Assembly (NCBI GenBank): GCA_014237365.1
Contig: JABZFQ010000206.1
Span: 1 to 49,887 of the forward strand
Direction: 5' to 3'
Length of the DNA: 49,887 nucleotides
Source of the DNA: Desulfobacteraceae bacterium
GTDB taxonomy: Bacteria > Desulfobacterota > Desulfobacteria > Desulfobacterales > ETH-SRB1
The notes below the pieces were generated by a model. That model ran no database searches and was not told the origin of the DNA. It was given only the letters and a program-made list of their open reading frames with translations. The position numbers and the translations under genes are program-made. Position 1 is the first letter of the stretch, and every line of letters starts with the position of its first letter. Positions 1-8,440 of the stretch are shown here, piece by piece.

Positions 1-464
1 ATGCCCGAAGTTCGGCTGACATCCGCAAACGGTGAAGAAAGACCCGCGCTTTTAATTGCCGTGGTTTTTCCGGAACCACTTTCTCCGATCACCATATACC
101 ACGGAAGCACATAAAGAGGATTGCCATATTTTTTCAAGTGAGAAGACTTAAGAGCCTCAATGGCCTCTTTCCAACGAGCCTGAAGCTCTCTTAAACGCAC
201 ACTCTCTTTATCGTCCATAGTTTTCAGATAGGAGTCATCCTGCTCAATGATCCGGTCAACAAAATGCTGTTCCTGACGTTTAAGCCATAGCTTTCTTAGA
301 AAAAGCAAACATAGCCCCAAGCCTAAAATGCCAAACAAAACGAAAAATCCTACCCACCATGCCCAATCAAGGCTCAGTACGATTCCAAAAACCAGAAGGA
401 TAGTTAGTAGAATTACTGCTATAATAAAAAAGACTTTAAGAATTTTTAAAAAAATCAGCTTCAT
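1..464 (-). CDS. tssM: T6SS membrane-complex subunit TssM (IcmF-like), N-terminal ~154 codons; gene continues past window start
   Basis: Open at the window edge, so absent from the ORF track. The reverse-strand ATG at 464 overlaps the tssL stop (ATGA). Hand translation MKLIFLKILKVFFIIAVILLTILLVFGIVLSLDWAWWVGFFVLFGILGLGLCLLFL gives two TM helices. It continues ...NPLYVLPWYMVIGESGSGKTTAIKSAG (Walker A), the canonical TssM N-terminus. The gene sits directly after tssK-tssL. Confidence 0.85.
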   Translation of the reverse strand, partial: MKLIFLKILKVFFIIAVILLTILLVFGIVLSLDWAWWVGFFVLFGILGLGLCLLFLRKLWLKRQEQHFVDRIIEQDDSYLKTMDDKESVRLRELQARWKEAIEALKSSHLKKYGNPLYVLPWYMVIGESGSGKTTAIKSAGLSSPFADVSRTSG

Positions 465-1132
465 TTACTTAATAAACTTTCTCCGATATTGTTTAGAATA
501 AACCTGTAAATCAAAAACAGAACCGAGTAAAGGAGAACCGGGGTTCCAAGACAAAGAAGCGTAAAAGTTGAGAAGCGTTTTTTTTCTTTAAAAGAAATCA
601 CCTCGCTTAACTCAACAGGATATGCTTCCGGAAAAAGCTCTCCTTTTTCAAGAGAAGGCAGTCCCACTGAACTTCCTGTAAGAAGTTTCAAATTTGATGT
701 CTTTAGCTGTTCCAGGAGATATTCGTCTCCTTCATGGCAATAGCGTCCCATAAAACCTATAGCCAAACAGAGATAATAAACCTCCCTCACATCTCTTTGA
801 TGGGGACCAAGAGCATTTAAGCGTTCAAAGAAAATTTCGCCCGCGTCGGCAGTCTGATAATAAAAGCGCTGGAGTAGTTCGCCTTGCCACAGATGTTTTT
901 CTTTCCACGAAGAGTTTAAAATAGCCTCATCAATCCAGGCAAAAATGGCAAAGCGTGCCAGGTCGTAATCCTCCTGAGGAAAAGCGCCGTTATTGATACT
1001 CTCTTGACTTTTCGAAATCAGACGTTGAATATCGGTCTTAACCTGATCAAAGGGTGGTTGTCTTTTGGCCACTGTTTTCAAAAAATATGCCGCGTAGGCA
1101 ACGAGTTCTATAAAACAATCGGTCAATCGCAT
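461..1132 (-). CDS. tssL: T6SS membrane subunit TssL (DotU family)
   Basis: 223 aa with a DotU-like cytoplasmic domain and a single C-terminal TM helix (FTLLCLGTPVLLYSVLFLIY). Tightly packed between tssK (2-nt gap) and tssM (ATGA overlap). Confidence 0.8.
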   Translation of the reverse strand: MRLTDCFIELVAYAAYFLKTVAKRQPPFDQVKTDIQRLISKSQESINNGAFPQEDYDLARFAIFAWIDEAILNSSWKEKHLWQGELLQRFYYQTADAGEIFFERLNALGPHQRDVREVYYLCLAIGFMGRYCHEGDEYLLEQLKTSNLKLLTGSSVGLPSLEKGELFPEAYPVELSEVISFKEKKRFSTFTLLCLGTPVLLYSVLFLIYRFILNNIGESLLSK

Positions 1133-1134
1133 AT

Positions 1135-2520
1135 TTAACTTTTCCCCACAACCATTAGTTCTACCTTTAAATCTTCAGGAGCTGCATCCCAATACAAAGC
1201 GATGTTGTTATCTTTGCGCACACGGGCCCATTGATCACTGTGATGGTCAATCTGAAAATAAATAGAGTAAATCCGACGAGGCAATTCTTGTGGCGGCGCC
1301 GGAAGGTGTTGCAGCTTTACTCCGGGAAGAGCACGGGCCATAAGAATAGGTAAAGATTCTCGTGAACTTATTTTTGCGATTGTTTCCAGGGACTGAAGCA
1401 CGAAATCAGGATCCTTTTCAGTTTCAAAAACCAGGTAAAAACGGTTTCGTCCTTCAAAAATCGTTGGGGATAGATCACATGCATAATAGGTTCCGTCGTA
1501 TACGAGTTGAATCACATATTCCGGCCCGGCCGTAATCTCATCCAAAAGTTGGGTGACAAGAGACCGTGCCCCTGAAAAACATTTCCACAGGTTTTGATGA
1601 TCATATCCGGATAGAAGGCGGGTTCCGTCTTCCAGTTCTCCCATCACATTGACCTGCTCTGAAAAAGAAGAGAGTTCGCCGATCAATTCTCTTAAGAGGG
1701 CATACACCGTCCAGGGATGAATGTGTTGCAATTCAGTCAAATGAACAAGGGAAGGAATGTAGCGGTTAAGAGACCTTAAGGCTAAGAGATAAACCATATC
1801 TCTTGTCCCGAATTCGACCGTATGAATCCCCCTTTTACGTTTATACGATTCAAGCTGGCGGCCGCGAGATGCGATCTGGTCTTTGATTTCCTTGATAATT
1901 TTTACGAGAGGACCTGAACCGAAAACAGTAAGTGAGGGAGGAATAAACTGCTCGGAAAGTGTTATCTCTTCGCCTGATCTTTCCAGTTGAGCAAGAGGAA
2001 TAAGTATATAGTCTCCGATTTGCTCCTTTTCTGTTTCCCAAAATATTTTCAGGACATGGTAAAGCCTCTTAATCTGAGCCGGCGGCCCGCTTTGATGTAA
2101 GTCGGAAACCTCTTCAGGGTCGGTCTTTGTCACAAATCTGGTGGTCACTTCTGAAAGGTTTTCTAATTTGGAAAGGACGGTAACATTTTCTCCGGCACTG
2201 CTCCATTTTTTCAGGCCGATAAAAACGGTAAAAGGTTTGTCGCCATCCACCCAGGCTTCATCAAAAGAACGGGTCTCAATAAGAGAATTACCCGGAAAAA
2301 CCAGATAGGTCATATCCGGAAACAAAAATTCACCTTTCAGGAGATTAAAAGAAAGATTTCCCAGAGCAGTTTCCTGGATCTCTAAATTCCCGACGCCCCA
2401 CAGGTGAGGCTGAAGGAATTTATGAAAAGGTGTCAACAGAGACTGAAAATAAAGGTCTTCCAGTTGAAAATGTTGTGGTTGTAAAAAGAGGCCTTGATGC
2501 CAAAAAAGAGGTCTTTCCAT
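1135..2520 (-). CDS. tssK: T6SS baseplate subunit TssK
   Basis: 461 aa. The N-terminus MERPLFWHQGLFLQPQHFQ matches the conserved TssK start (W..G.FL.PQHFQ). Followed by tssL and tssM. Confidence 0.85.
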   Translation of the reverse strand: MERPLFWHQGLFLQPQHFQLEDLYFQSLLTPFHKFLQPHLWGVGNLEIQETALGNLSFNLLKGEFLFPDMTYLVFPGNSLIETRSFDEAWVDGDKPFTVFIGLKKWSSAGENVTVLSKLENLSEVTTRFVTKTDPEEVSDLHQSGPPAQIKRLYHVLKIFWETEKEQIGDYILIPLAQLERSGEEITLSEQFIPPSLTVFGSGPLVKIIKEIKDQIASRGRQLESYKRKRGIHTVEFGTRDMVYLLALRSLNRYIPSLVHLTELQHIHPWTVYALLRELIGELSSFSEQVNVMGELEDGTRLLSGYDHQNLWKCFSGARSLVTQLLDEITAGPEYVIQLVYDGTYYACDLSPTIFEGRNRFYLVFETEKDPDFVLQSLETIAKISSRESLPILMARALPGVKLQHLPAPPQELPRRIYSIYFQIDHHSDQWARVRKDNNIALYWDAAPEDLKVELMVVGKS

Positions 2521-2593
2521 AGTTTTGTCTTTTCCTTAACGACGAATTCAGCGACGCACCTCCGAAGGGGTGACTGTCCGCTGGAATGCTGGG

Positions 2594-2779
2594 TTAGGAA
2601 CGTGGACGAAATAACTTCCCCAACTATGCATCACAGCTTCAGGCCACCTTTGCCCGGTCTCAAATCACAAAAATATCAAAATAGCTCGCTATTCCATCAA
2701 CTTTTGTGATCTGAGATCGAACAAATCTGACCCAAATCTATGCGCCTACTTGTGGAAGTTAATTCGTCCACGTTCCTTA
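2594..2779 (+). mobile_element. MITE-1 copy (about 180-bp foldback element) flanked by TTA/TTA
   Basis: Terminal inverted repeats GGAACGTGGACGAAATAACTTCCCCAA ... TTGTGGAAGTTAATTCGTCCACGTTCC. The interior is also self-complementary. Near-identical copies lie at 16612, 18170, 19871, 22325 and 49512. Confidence 0.85.
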
Positions 2780-2813
2780 ACTGGCGTTATATTTTTATCG
2801 TTAGTCATTTAAT

Positions 2814-2870
2814 CTCGACTTTGGCCATTTTTCAATTTCGTCTCATTTAACAAAAATGGCCAAAGTCGAG
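2814..2870. terminator. Perfect 19-bp stem hairpin just downstream of the minus-strand defence operon
   Basis: CTCGACTTTGGCCATTTTT (2814-2832) pairs perfectly with AAAAATGGCCAAAGTCGAG (2852-2870), with a 19-nt loop. It lies 16 nt after the stop of the 2886..3767 gene. T/A runs sit at the stem base on both strands. Confidence 0.55.
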
Positions 2871-2885
2871 TTAATGATGATTGTT

Positions 2886-3767
2886 TTAGTTCAATGAAGA
2901 TAGAAATTCTTTTATCTCACTTGGAACCCGATTTGCCTCTCGTATTTTTCTTGCAAAATGGAAGCGAGGATTGTCTGCAATTTTATATTTCGATTTCAAC
3001 CTTTCTAATAAACGTTTCCCATCAATTATTCTGAGCAAAGAGTAAAATTGTGAATCATTATTTTCCGATTTTTTATCAAATTTATTAAGCCGATCACAAA
3101 TATTGGAAAAAAATTTTTCCCATCCGGATAATGTTTTCATTCTTTGTTGAATGAAATTATCAACTTCTTCTCTAATACCTTCCCCATCAAAATTTCGGCA
3201 GTATCCCGCACCAGGTATTGACAAGCCATATTCACGCAATAATATGCATGCGCCCATAACAAAGATTAAATTGCAACATTCCTGAGTTAATTCGTTTAAA
3301 ACAACATTATTGCTTCTTTTTTTTCTTCCCCGCTCATGATCCGCTAAAAATTCTTCGACTATTAGAGAATCGAAAAGGTAATTTTCAATCTCCCAGCGTA
3401 ATAGCGTATGAATATACTCGCCAAATGGAAACTTTGCTTTATATTTTTCATCATCGGTTTCAAGTAGAATATCCCAGTTCTTTTTTGAAAAAAGCGCATC
3501 GCGATCTACTATTCCATAAGCCTTTATCCCGTTTTCACGATCTTCCTTTACTCTCGACCGCACACCTGAATACCCTCCTGTAGAATGAAAATTGTCCGCA
3601 GATGTTCTGAATTCAATATGTTCGCCAAAGTCGAAAAACCATCTGTCTGCCAAAATTGATACATCTTCTTCAGATTCGAGGTATACAATGATTTTTAATG
3701 CATATCGTTTTTCTAATGTTATAGCGCTGTCGAATGATTTGAATTCAGGCACCTTTAGACCCCTCAC
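2886..3767 (-). CDS. DUF4435-type (OLD/Toprim-like) putative nuclease, PARIS AriB-like
   Basis: 293 aa. Acidic Toprim-like motifs are IIVYLESEEDVSIL, AYGIVDRDALF and RWEIENYLF. The GTG start overlaps the stop of the upstream ATPase (GTGA). Pairing of an ABC-type ATPase with a DUF4435 protein is the PARIS (AriA/AriB) architecture. Confidence 0.65.
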   Translation of the reverse strand: MRGLKVPEFKSFDSAITLEKRYALKIIVYLESEEDVSILADRWFFDFGEHIEFRTSADNFHSTGGYSGVRSRVKEDRENGIKAYGIVDRDALFSKKNWDILLETDDEKYKAKFPFGEYIHTLLRWEIENYLFDSLIVEEFLADHERGRKKRSNNVVLNELTQECCNLIFVMGACILLREYGLSIPGAGYCRNFDGEGIREEVDNFIQQRMKTLSGWEKFFSNICDRLNKFDKKSENNDSQFYSLLRIIDGKRLLERLKSKYKIADNPRFHFARKIREANRVPSEIKEFLSSLN

Positions 3768-4912
3768 ATCATATTTAGATCATTTTCTATCAAATATCCG
3801 CTTTTTCTCAAGCCCTTTTCTTCAACTTCGAAGGCGAAAGCCCTAATGATCTCTCGGGAATGGGTACTGGAGATTATCGTCAAGCCTGGATATGCTATTG
3901 CCATGTCTTTTAACCAGTTCAGGATTTTATGCTGCCATTTTGAATGCAGATGAACGTCCATTTCATCAATCAGCAAAATAGTATTGCTTGTCATATGGGC
4001 TCCCATGCGGAGACAAATTTGAAGCAGGCTCTTTTCACCGCTGCTCAACTGGTCAATACGATGCTCATGACCTTCATTTTCGATAATGGCCTCCGGTGGA
4101 TCTTTTCTAACTCCTTTCAAAAATTTATTTTTGCCTCGAAAAACTCTTTTATTTACTATTGCCAATGAACGTTCAAAACGGCCATCATCAATCCACTTCA
4201 ACCATACTAGAAGGTTGTCCAAAGAGTGTGTCCATTGCCGGCCTTCTTTACCGAATTTGTTTACAATATTGTATCCCCATCCCTCGGGGGTCGTTATTTT
4301 ACGTTCACTTTCACTGATCGTTTCAATATTGCGATAGGCCGAAAAATACAATAATGTCGGATAGGTCAAACTGTCATTTTCGAATTCTAATAATCGCCGA
4401 CCTCTTTCATTTTTCAACAGTATAGAAAAATCATTAACCCATGAATTTGTTTCATGTATCGTTTTGATACGGCCGGATGCCGATTTTCTAAATCCATAGA
4501 GATGCCATGCTTCTGCGCCAATTTTTTCCAACTCTTCGTGATTCCATTCCTTCAGCACTGTACCTTCTCCTATATTGCCTGCGATAAGGGAAAAAATATA
4601 AGAGCTTTTTTTTCCATCCTGATCAATATCAAGAAGAATATCCCATTGCGCGCGACCCCCTCCTTTATCAAGAGACTCAATTCCGAATTCATTCAGTTGA
4701 TCCCGGCCTAACATATCCATCATACAAGCCATCAAATCCAGAAGCGTTGTCTTTCCGCGTCCGTTCTCCGATGCTAACAAATAATAATTGCAAGGACGGC
4801 CATGCCTGTCTGTAAAATCAAAAGACCACAGTTTCTCCTGAAACGGGCCGATACGGTCCACTGTCAAGCGGACAGGGCGAAAACCTGTCACATGAAATTT
4901 ATCTATCTCCAT
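3764..4912 (-). CDS. ABC/SMC-type ATPase (AAA_21/23-like), PARIS AriA-like
   Basis: 382 aa. Walker A is ASENGRGKTTLLD, the ABC signature is LSSGEKSLL, Walker B is ILLIDEMDVHLH, and the H-loop is SSTHS. The ATG lies 14 nt inside the end of the upstream gene. Confidence 0.7.
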   Translation of the reverse strand: MEIDKFHVTGFRPVRLTVDRIGPFQEKLWSFDFTDRHGRPCNYYLLASENGRGKTTLLDLMACMMDMLGRDQLNEFGIESLDKGGGRAQWDILLDIDQDGKKSSYIFSLIAGNIGEGTVLKEWNHEELEKIGAEAWHLYGFRKSASGRIKTIHETNSWVNDFSILLKNERGRRLLEFENDSLTYPTLLYFSAYRNIETISESERKITTPEGWGYNIVNKFGKEGRQWTHSLDNLLVWLKWIDDGRFERSLAIVNKRVFRGKNKFLKGVRKDPPEAIIENEGHEHRIDQLSSGEKSLLQICLRMGAHMTSNTILLIDEMDVHLHSKWQHKILNWLKDMAIAYPGLTIISSTHSREIIRAFAFEVEEKGLRKSGYLIENDLNMM

Positions 4913-6398
4913 TTATTTGCCCCCTGCTGATTTCTTTTAAACTTGATGCAATATCATCTCTGCGAATATGTACGCCATGTATTCTGATAACGCTTTTTCC
5001 CAACCATCTGCATAGCATGTCGCCTTTGCCGGTAAGACGCTCAGCGCCTGTTTCGTCTATAATGATTTTCGATTCGGTGGATTTTTGAACAGTCAACGCT
5101 ATACGGCTTGGGACATTGCTTCGCAAAAGACCGCTAAACGTTGTTGAATCCGGTCTCTGTGTTGCGAGTACAAGATGAATGCCGGCGGACCGCCCTTTTT
5201 GCAACAAACGTATTAATGGCCCCTCTATATCCTGTTTTTGCATCAGCAAATCAGCCAATTCCTCGACGATAACTACAATACGGGGTAAACCGGTTATTCC
5301 GGCTAAAGTTGCCTCCGTTAAATTTGTTACATTTGATTTGGCAAATTTCTGTTCTCTTTTGGACATTTCTGTGACAAGCTCTGAGAGCAAATTGTGTGCA
5401 TCGAAAACTTCTGTGACAATTTCGTCATTATACAGATTTTTCAAACCGTTATATTGTGAAAACTCGACAGCCTTGGGATCAATCAAGCATAGCGTTAAAT
5501 TGGAATTATAATTATTATGCAGTATCGAAAGAATTAAGGCATGTAGGCAAACGCTTTTTCCGCTTCCGGTTGTTCCCCCTACGAGGAGATGAGGGGCCTC
5601 CGCCAAATCGAAACAGATTGGCTCTCCAAGGACATCGACACCGGGCCATACAGGCAAAATATAATCACTGGGCGGGTCTGCTGCCCACTCGCGTAAATCC
5701 CCACCAGTGAAATAGTGCCAAGTGGATGCGGGACGAGGTACATCCAGCCCAATAATCCGTGGTTTATCTGTCATGTTTTCAAAAACCCGATGCTTCCCTA
5801 TCCCCAAGTAAAAAGATATTTTATCCAAACCTTTTTGCAGTCGATCCAGGTCATTTATGTTCGGCAAATAAATATAAAACCGAGTCAAACGAGGCCCCTT
5901 GACAATATTTCGTATTTCAGCCTTAACTCCGATTTCACTAAGAGCGCTCTTTACCTGTTTTTCAATATCCTCGTCCATTTTCTGTTGCTGGCTAATAAGA
6001 TTTGAAAAGAGTTCTTGATAGAGATATTCATGGAAATCATGGGATTCTTTCCAGGCGGTTCGTATCTCGCGTAAGCCGCGCCGGGCATGTCGTTGCAGGT
6101 AAATTCTGTACTGATCTATATTCTTAAACAGGTCTTTTTGATGATACACGCTCAACAATGCGCAAAAGGAATCGGTATAATCAGGTTTTTGGCTTTCACC
6201 CGTAAGCTGCTCGAAACTGTATTCGCTTCCCCCCTTGATTCCTTTGTCGAGTTCATCCGAAGGTTCAGTGGGTATCCGTAACGAAATGGCAAGAGCGATT
6301 CGTAATACCGTCCATTTTGGTCCAGGAGCAAATAATCCCTTTTTCAGGACGTTATCAATAACACGCTCGTCTTTTTCACTGGTATATATCTTCGGCAT
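4899..6398 (-). CDS. Fusion protein: N-terminal DndE-like (DUF1832-like) region + FtsK/SpoIIIE-type P-loop translocase domain
   Basis: 499 aa. The C-terminal half has FtsK motor motifs: VGGTTGSGKSVCLHALILSI, IVVIVEELADL, GIHLVLATQRPD and SRIALTVQ. The N-terminal part (TVLRIALAISLRIP...GGSEYSFEQLTGE) resembles DndE by eye and sits where dndE normally lies, after dndD. Confidence 0.6.
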   Translation of the reverse strand: MPKIYTSEKDERVIDNVLKKGLFAPGPKWTVLRIALAISLRIPTEPSDELDKGIKGGSEYSFEQLTGESQKPDYTDSFCALLSVYHQKDLFKNIDQYRIYLQRHARRGLREIRTAWKESHDFHEYLYQELFSNLISQQQKMDEDIEKQVKSALSEIGVKAEIRNIVKGPRLTRFYIYLPNINDLDRLQKGLDKISFYLGIGKHRVFENMTDKPRIIGLDVPRPASTWHYFTGGDLREWAADPPSDYILPVWPGVDVLGEPICFDLAEAPHLLVGGTTGSGKSVCLHALILSILHNNYNSNLTLCLIDPKAVEFSQYNGLKNLYNDEIVTEVFDAHNLLSELVTEMSKREQKFAKSNVTNLTEATLAGITGLPRIVVIVEELADLLMQKQDIEGPLIRLLQKGRSAGIHLVLATQRPDSTTFSGLLRSNVPSRIALTVQKSTESKIIIDETGAERLTGKGDMLCRWLGKSVIRIHGVHIRRDDIASSLKEISRGQINGDR

Positions 6399-6409
6399 AA
6401 CACGCTCGC

Positions 6410-8440
6410 TTATGAATACATTGACTTTCTTTCGGGGCTCGTATGCTCACCGTCCGGATTATTCAAACGATACTCTTCCAATATATGAGGTTTAAGTATA
6501 TTGTATTTCTCTTTGTCTAACTCTGAATCCGTTGGAAGGAGAATTACCTGATCTCCGGCGTGCGGATAATAATGAGTCAAAAGATTTTGCTGGTGTCCTC
6601 TGTCAAAGCGTGCGAGGGGGGTATCGATAATCACCGGAAGAGATTTGCCTGAAACATCTTTCAGCGTCCACAATAATGATGTAGCAAAGAGTTGTTTCAT
6701 TCCGGCAGAGAGTCCTGCCATACCTACATGGGTTTTGTTATATCCGATGTATTGATAGCTAAAATCATCAAGTATTTCAATGCGGCTGATCTGTTTATGG
6801 GAACTCATCAATTTGCTGAAATGCTCGTTGATAGAATTCTCCATGTTCTCTTTTTGATTTTTTATCAGTCTCGCTTTGTACTCGGAATAAAGCTGTTTGA
6901 GTACGTCACCAAGTTGAACACGCTGTTTTGCGGTATGAGCTAACCTGACTGTCTGCTTTTGTTTATCAATTTCTTTTTGTTTTGATTTGACCTTATTTTC
7001 TTTTATATCTCTTATGTTACCTTCAATTTCTATCTTCTGTTCCTTTTTTTCATCAAGTTCTATTTTATTTTCCTCATAATGCCGTTTTCGGGCTTCATAT
7101 CGTTCTTTTTCATCTTTTTCCAGGCTGCTCATGTCATGAATTTTGTCGTTTATCTTCTCTATTTCTTTTCGTAACCTGCTGACAGCCCGCAAATTTTCAG
7201 AGTACCTTATCAACATATCCTTCGGGGCAATAAATTGCTCAAGATTTTGATATAATCGTTTTGCCCTGGCATATTCAAGCGAGAAAAGCCTTGAATCTTT
7301 TGAACCGCTTACCAAATATGGACTTAAAAGTCCATTTAGCTTGGTTTTATAGAAATCCTTCTGGTTGTCGATTAAGGGCGGCGTTGAAGGCAATCCTTTG
7401 TTAAAAAGATCCCTTGGGAGATCTTTCAATATTTGTCGCAATGTTTCCGTCAGAATACCGCTTTCGCTGTTTAATTGTTCTCTTAATATATTAATGGCTT
7501 TGAAAATCAAATCAGGATTCACAAGTAACGGTATGCTCTGCGGGAGATTAAGCGCAACTTCAAAATTTTTTTCCTGAAGTTGTTCATTTTTATTTTCAAA
7601 ATCTCTTTTAAGCAACTCCGCCTTATGCTCGTGCGCATAAGCCTGTTTGCTTTGCAAATAATTCAAATCTTTTTCGATTTCAATTTCCAGGTCACGAGTT
7701 TTTTCAATATTTCTTTCTAATTTCTCCGTTTCAGAAGCAAGTTTGGCCTCATATTCCGCAAGTTCTTTTTCAAGAATTCTAAGTCGATGATTAGCATCGG
7801 AAGGAGAGCCTTCCCGTCTCCATTTCCTTATATTTATTTCAATATTATTAGATAGTGTATCCAGCTTATCCAGCCCGAATAACCGTTCGATTTGTTCCAG
7901 GAGTTCCTCGCGATTTGCCTCTGCGATGGCTTGCACCTGTTCGCCGTCATATATAAAAAAGGAAACGATGTCTCTGGGAATCCTGGCATGTAAAAAACCC
8001 TGTGCTTCTTCAACTTCTTCCGGAACCCGGCCGAAACTCGGAATGACTTCTAATTTATGATTATAATCATTCCTGCCTTGCAGATGCCAAGATCGTTTGG
8101 CATCCACAGTCCCGGATTCTTCTTCCCAGATAACCCTGACGCTGAATTCCTCCTCTCCTTCGTTGCGGGCCGCGCAATTCATTATGCCCAGCCATTCCTC
8201 ACCCGTTCCAAGTAGATATGCTTTTGGGCTTAAGCTTCGCCCACGTTGAATATTGTTCAGTAATAGTTTATCAGTTCCAAGAAAAAGGAGTTTTACGCTT
8301 TCCATAAAACTCGTTTTTCCAAATCCGTTCCGGCCGGAAATCAATGTTATGTTTCTACTATTTTCGGGGGGAGAAAAAGCAAAGGTCTGGGTACCGTAGT
8401 AGGAAAATAAATTATGAATATGCACTTCTCTAATGATCAT
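6410..8440 (-). CDS. dndD: DNA phosphorothioation ATPase DndD (SMC-like)
   Basis: 676 aa. The N-terminus is MIIREVHIHNLFSYYG...ISGRNGFGKTS. A long coiled-coil middle follows, and the C-terminus is LSAGMKQLFA...VIIDTPLARFDRGHQQNLLTHYYP...QVILLPTDSE, which is typical of DndD. The start overlaps the dndC stop by 11 nt. Confidence 0.8.
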   Translation of the reverse strand: MIIREVHIHNLFSYYGTQTFAFSPPENSRNITLISGRNGFGKTSFMESVKLLFLGTDKLLLNNIQRGRSLSPKAYLLGTGEEWLGIMNCAARNEGEEEFSVRVIWEEESGTVDAKRSWHLQGRNDYNHKLEVIPSFGRVPEEVEEAQGFLHARIPRDIVSFFIYDGEQVQAIAEANREELLEQIERLFGLDKLDTLSNNIEINIRKWRREGSPSDANHRLRILEKELAEYEAKLASETEKLERNIEKTRDLEIEIEKDLNYLQSKQAYAHEHKAELLKRDFENKNEQLQEKNFEVALNLPQSIPLLVNPDLIFKAINILREQLNSESGILTETLRQILKDLPRDLFNKGLPSTPPLIDNQKDFYKTKLNGLLSPYLVSGSKDSRLFSLEYARAKRLYQNLEQFIAPKDMLIRYSENLRAVSRLRKEIEKINDKIHDMSSLEKDEKERYEARKRHYEENKIELDEKKEQKIEIEGNIRDIKENKVKSKQKEIDKQKQTVRLAHTAKQRVQLGDVLKQLYSEYKARLIKNQKENMENSINEHFSKLMSSHKQISRIEILDDFSYQYIGYNKTHVGMAGLSAGMKQLFATSLLWTLKDVSGKSLPVIIDTPLARFDRGHQQNLLTHYYPHAGDQVILLPTDSELDKEKYNILKPHILEEYRLNNPDGEHTSPERKSMYS

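Noticed and set aside
2494-2709. Small ORFs reading through MITE-1 copies (also 18316..18519, 19723..19953, and the tail of 49391..49594), which share peptides like RNVDE(I/L)TSP
   Set aside because: The similarity comes from the repeated DNA element in different contexts and frames. There are no start signals or coding context.
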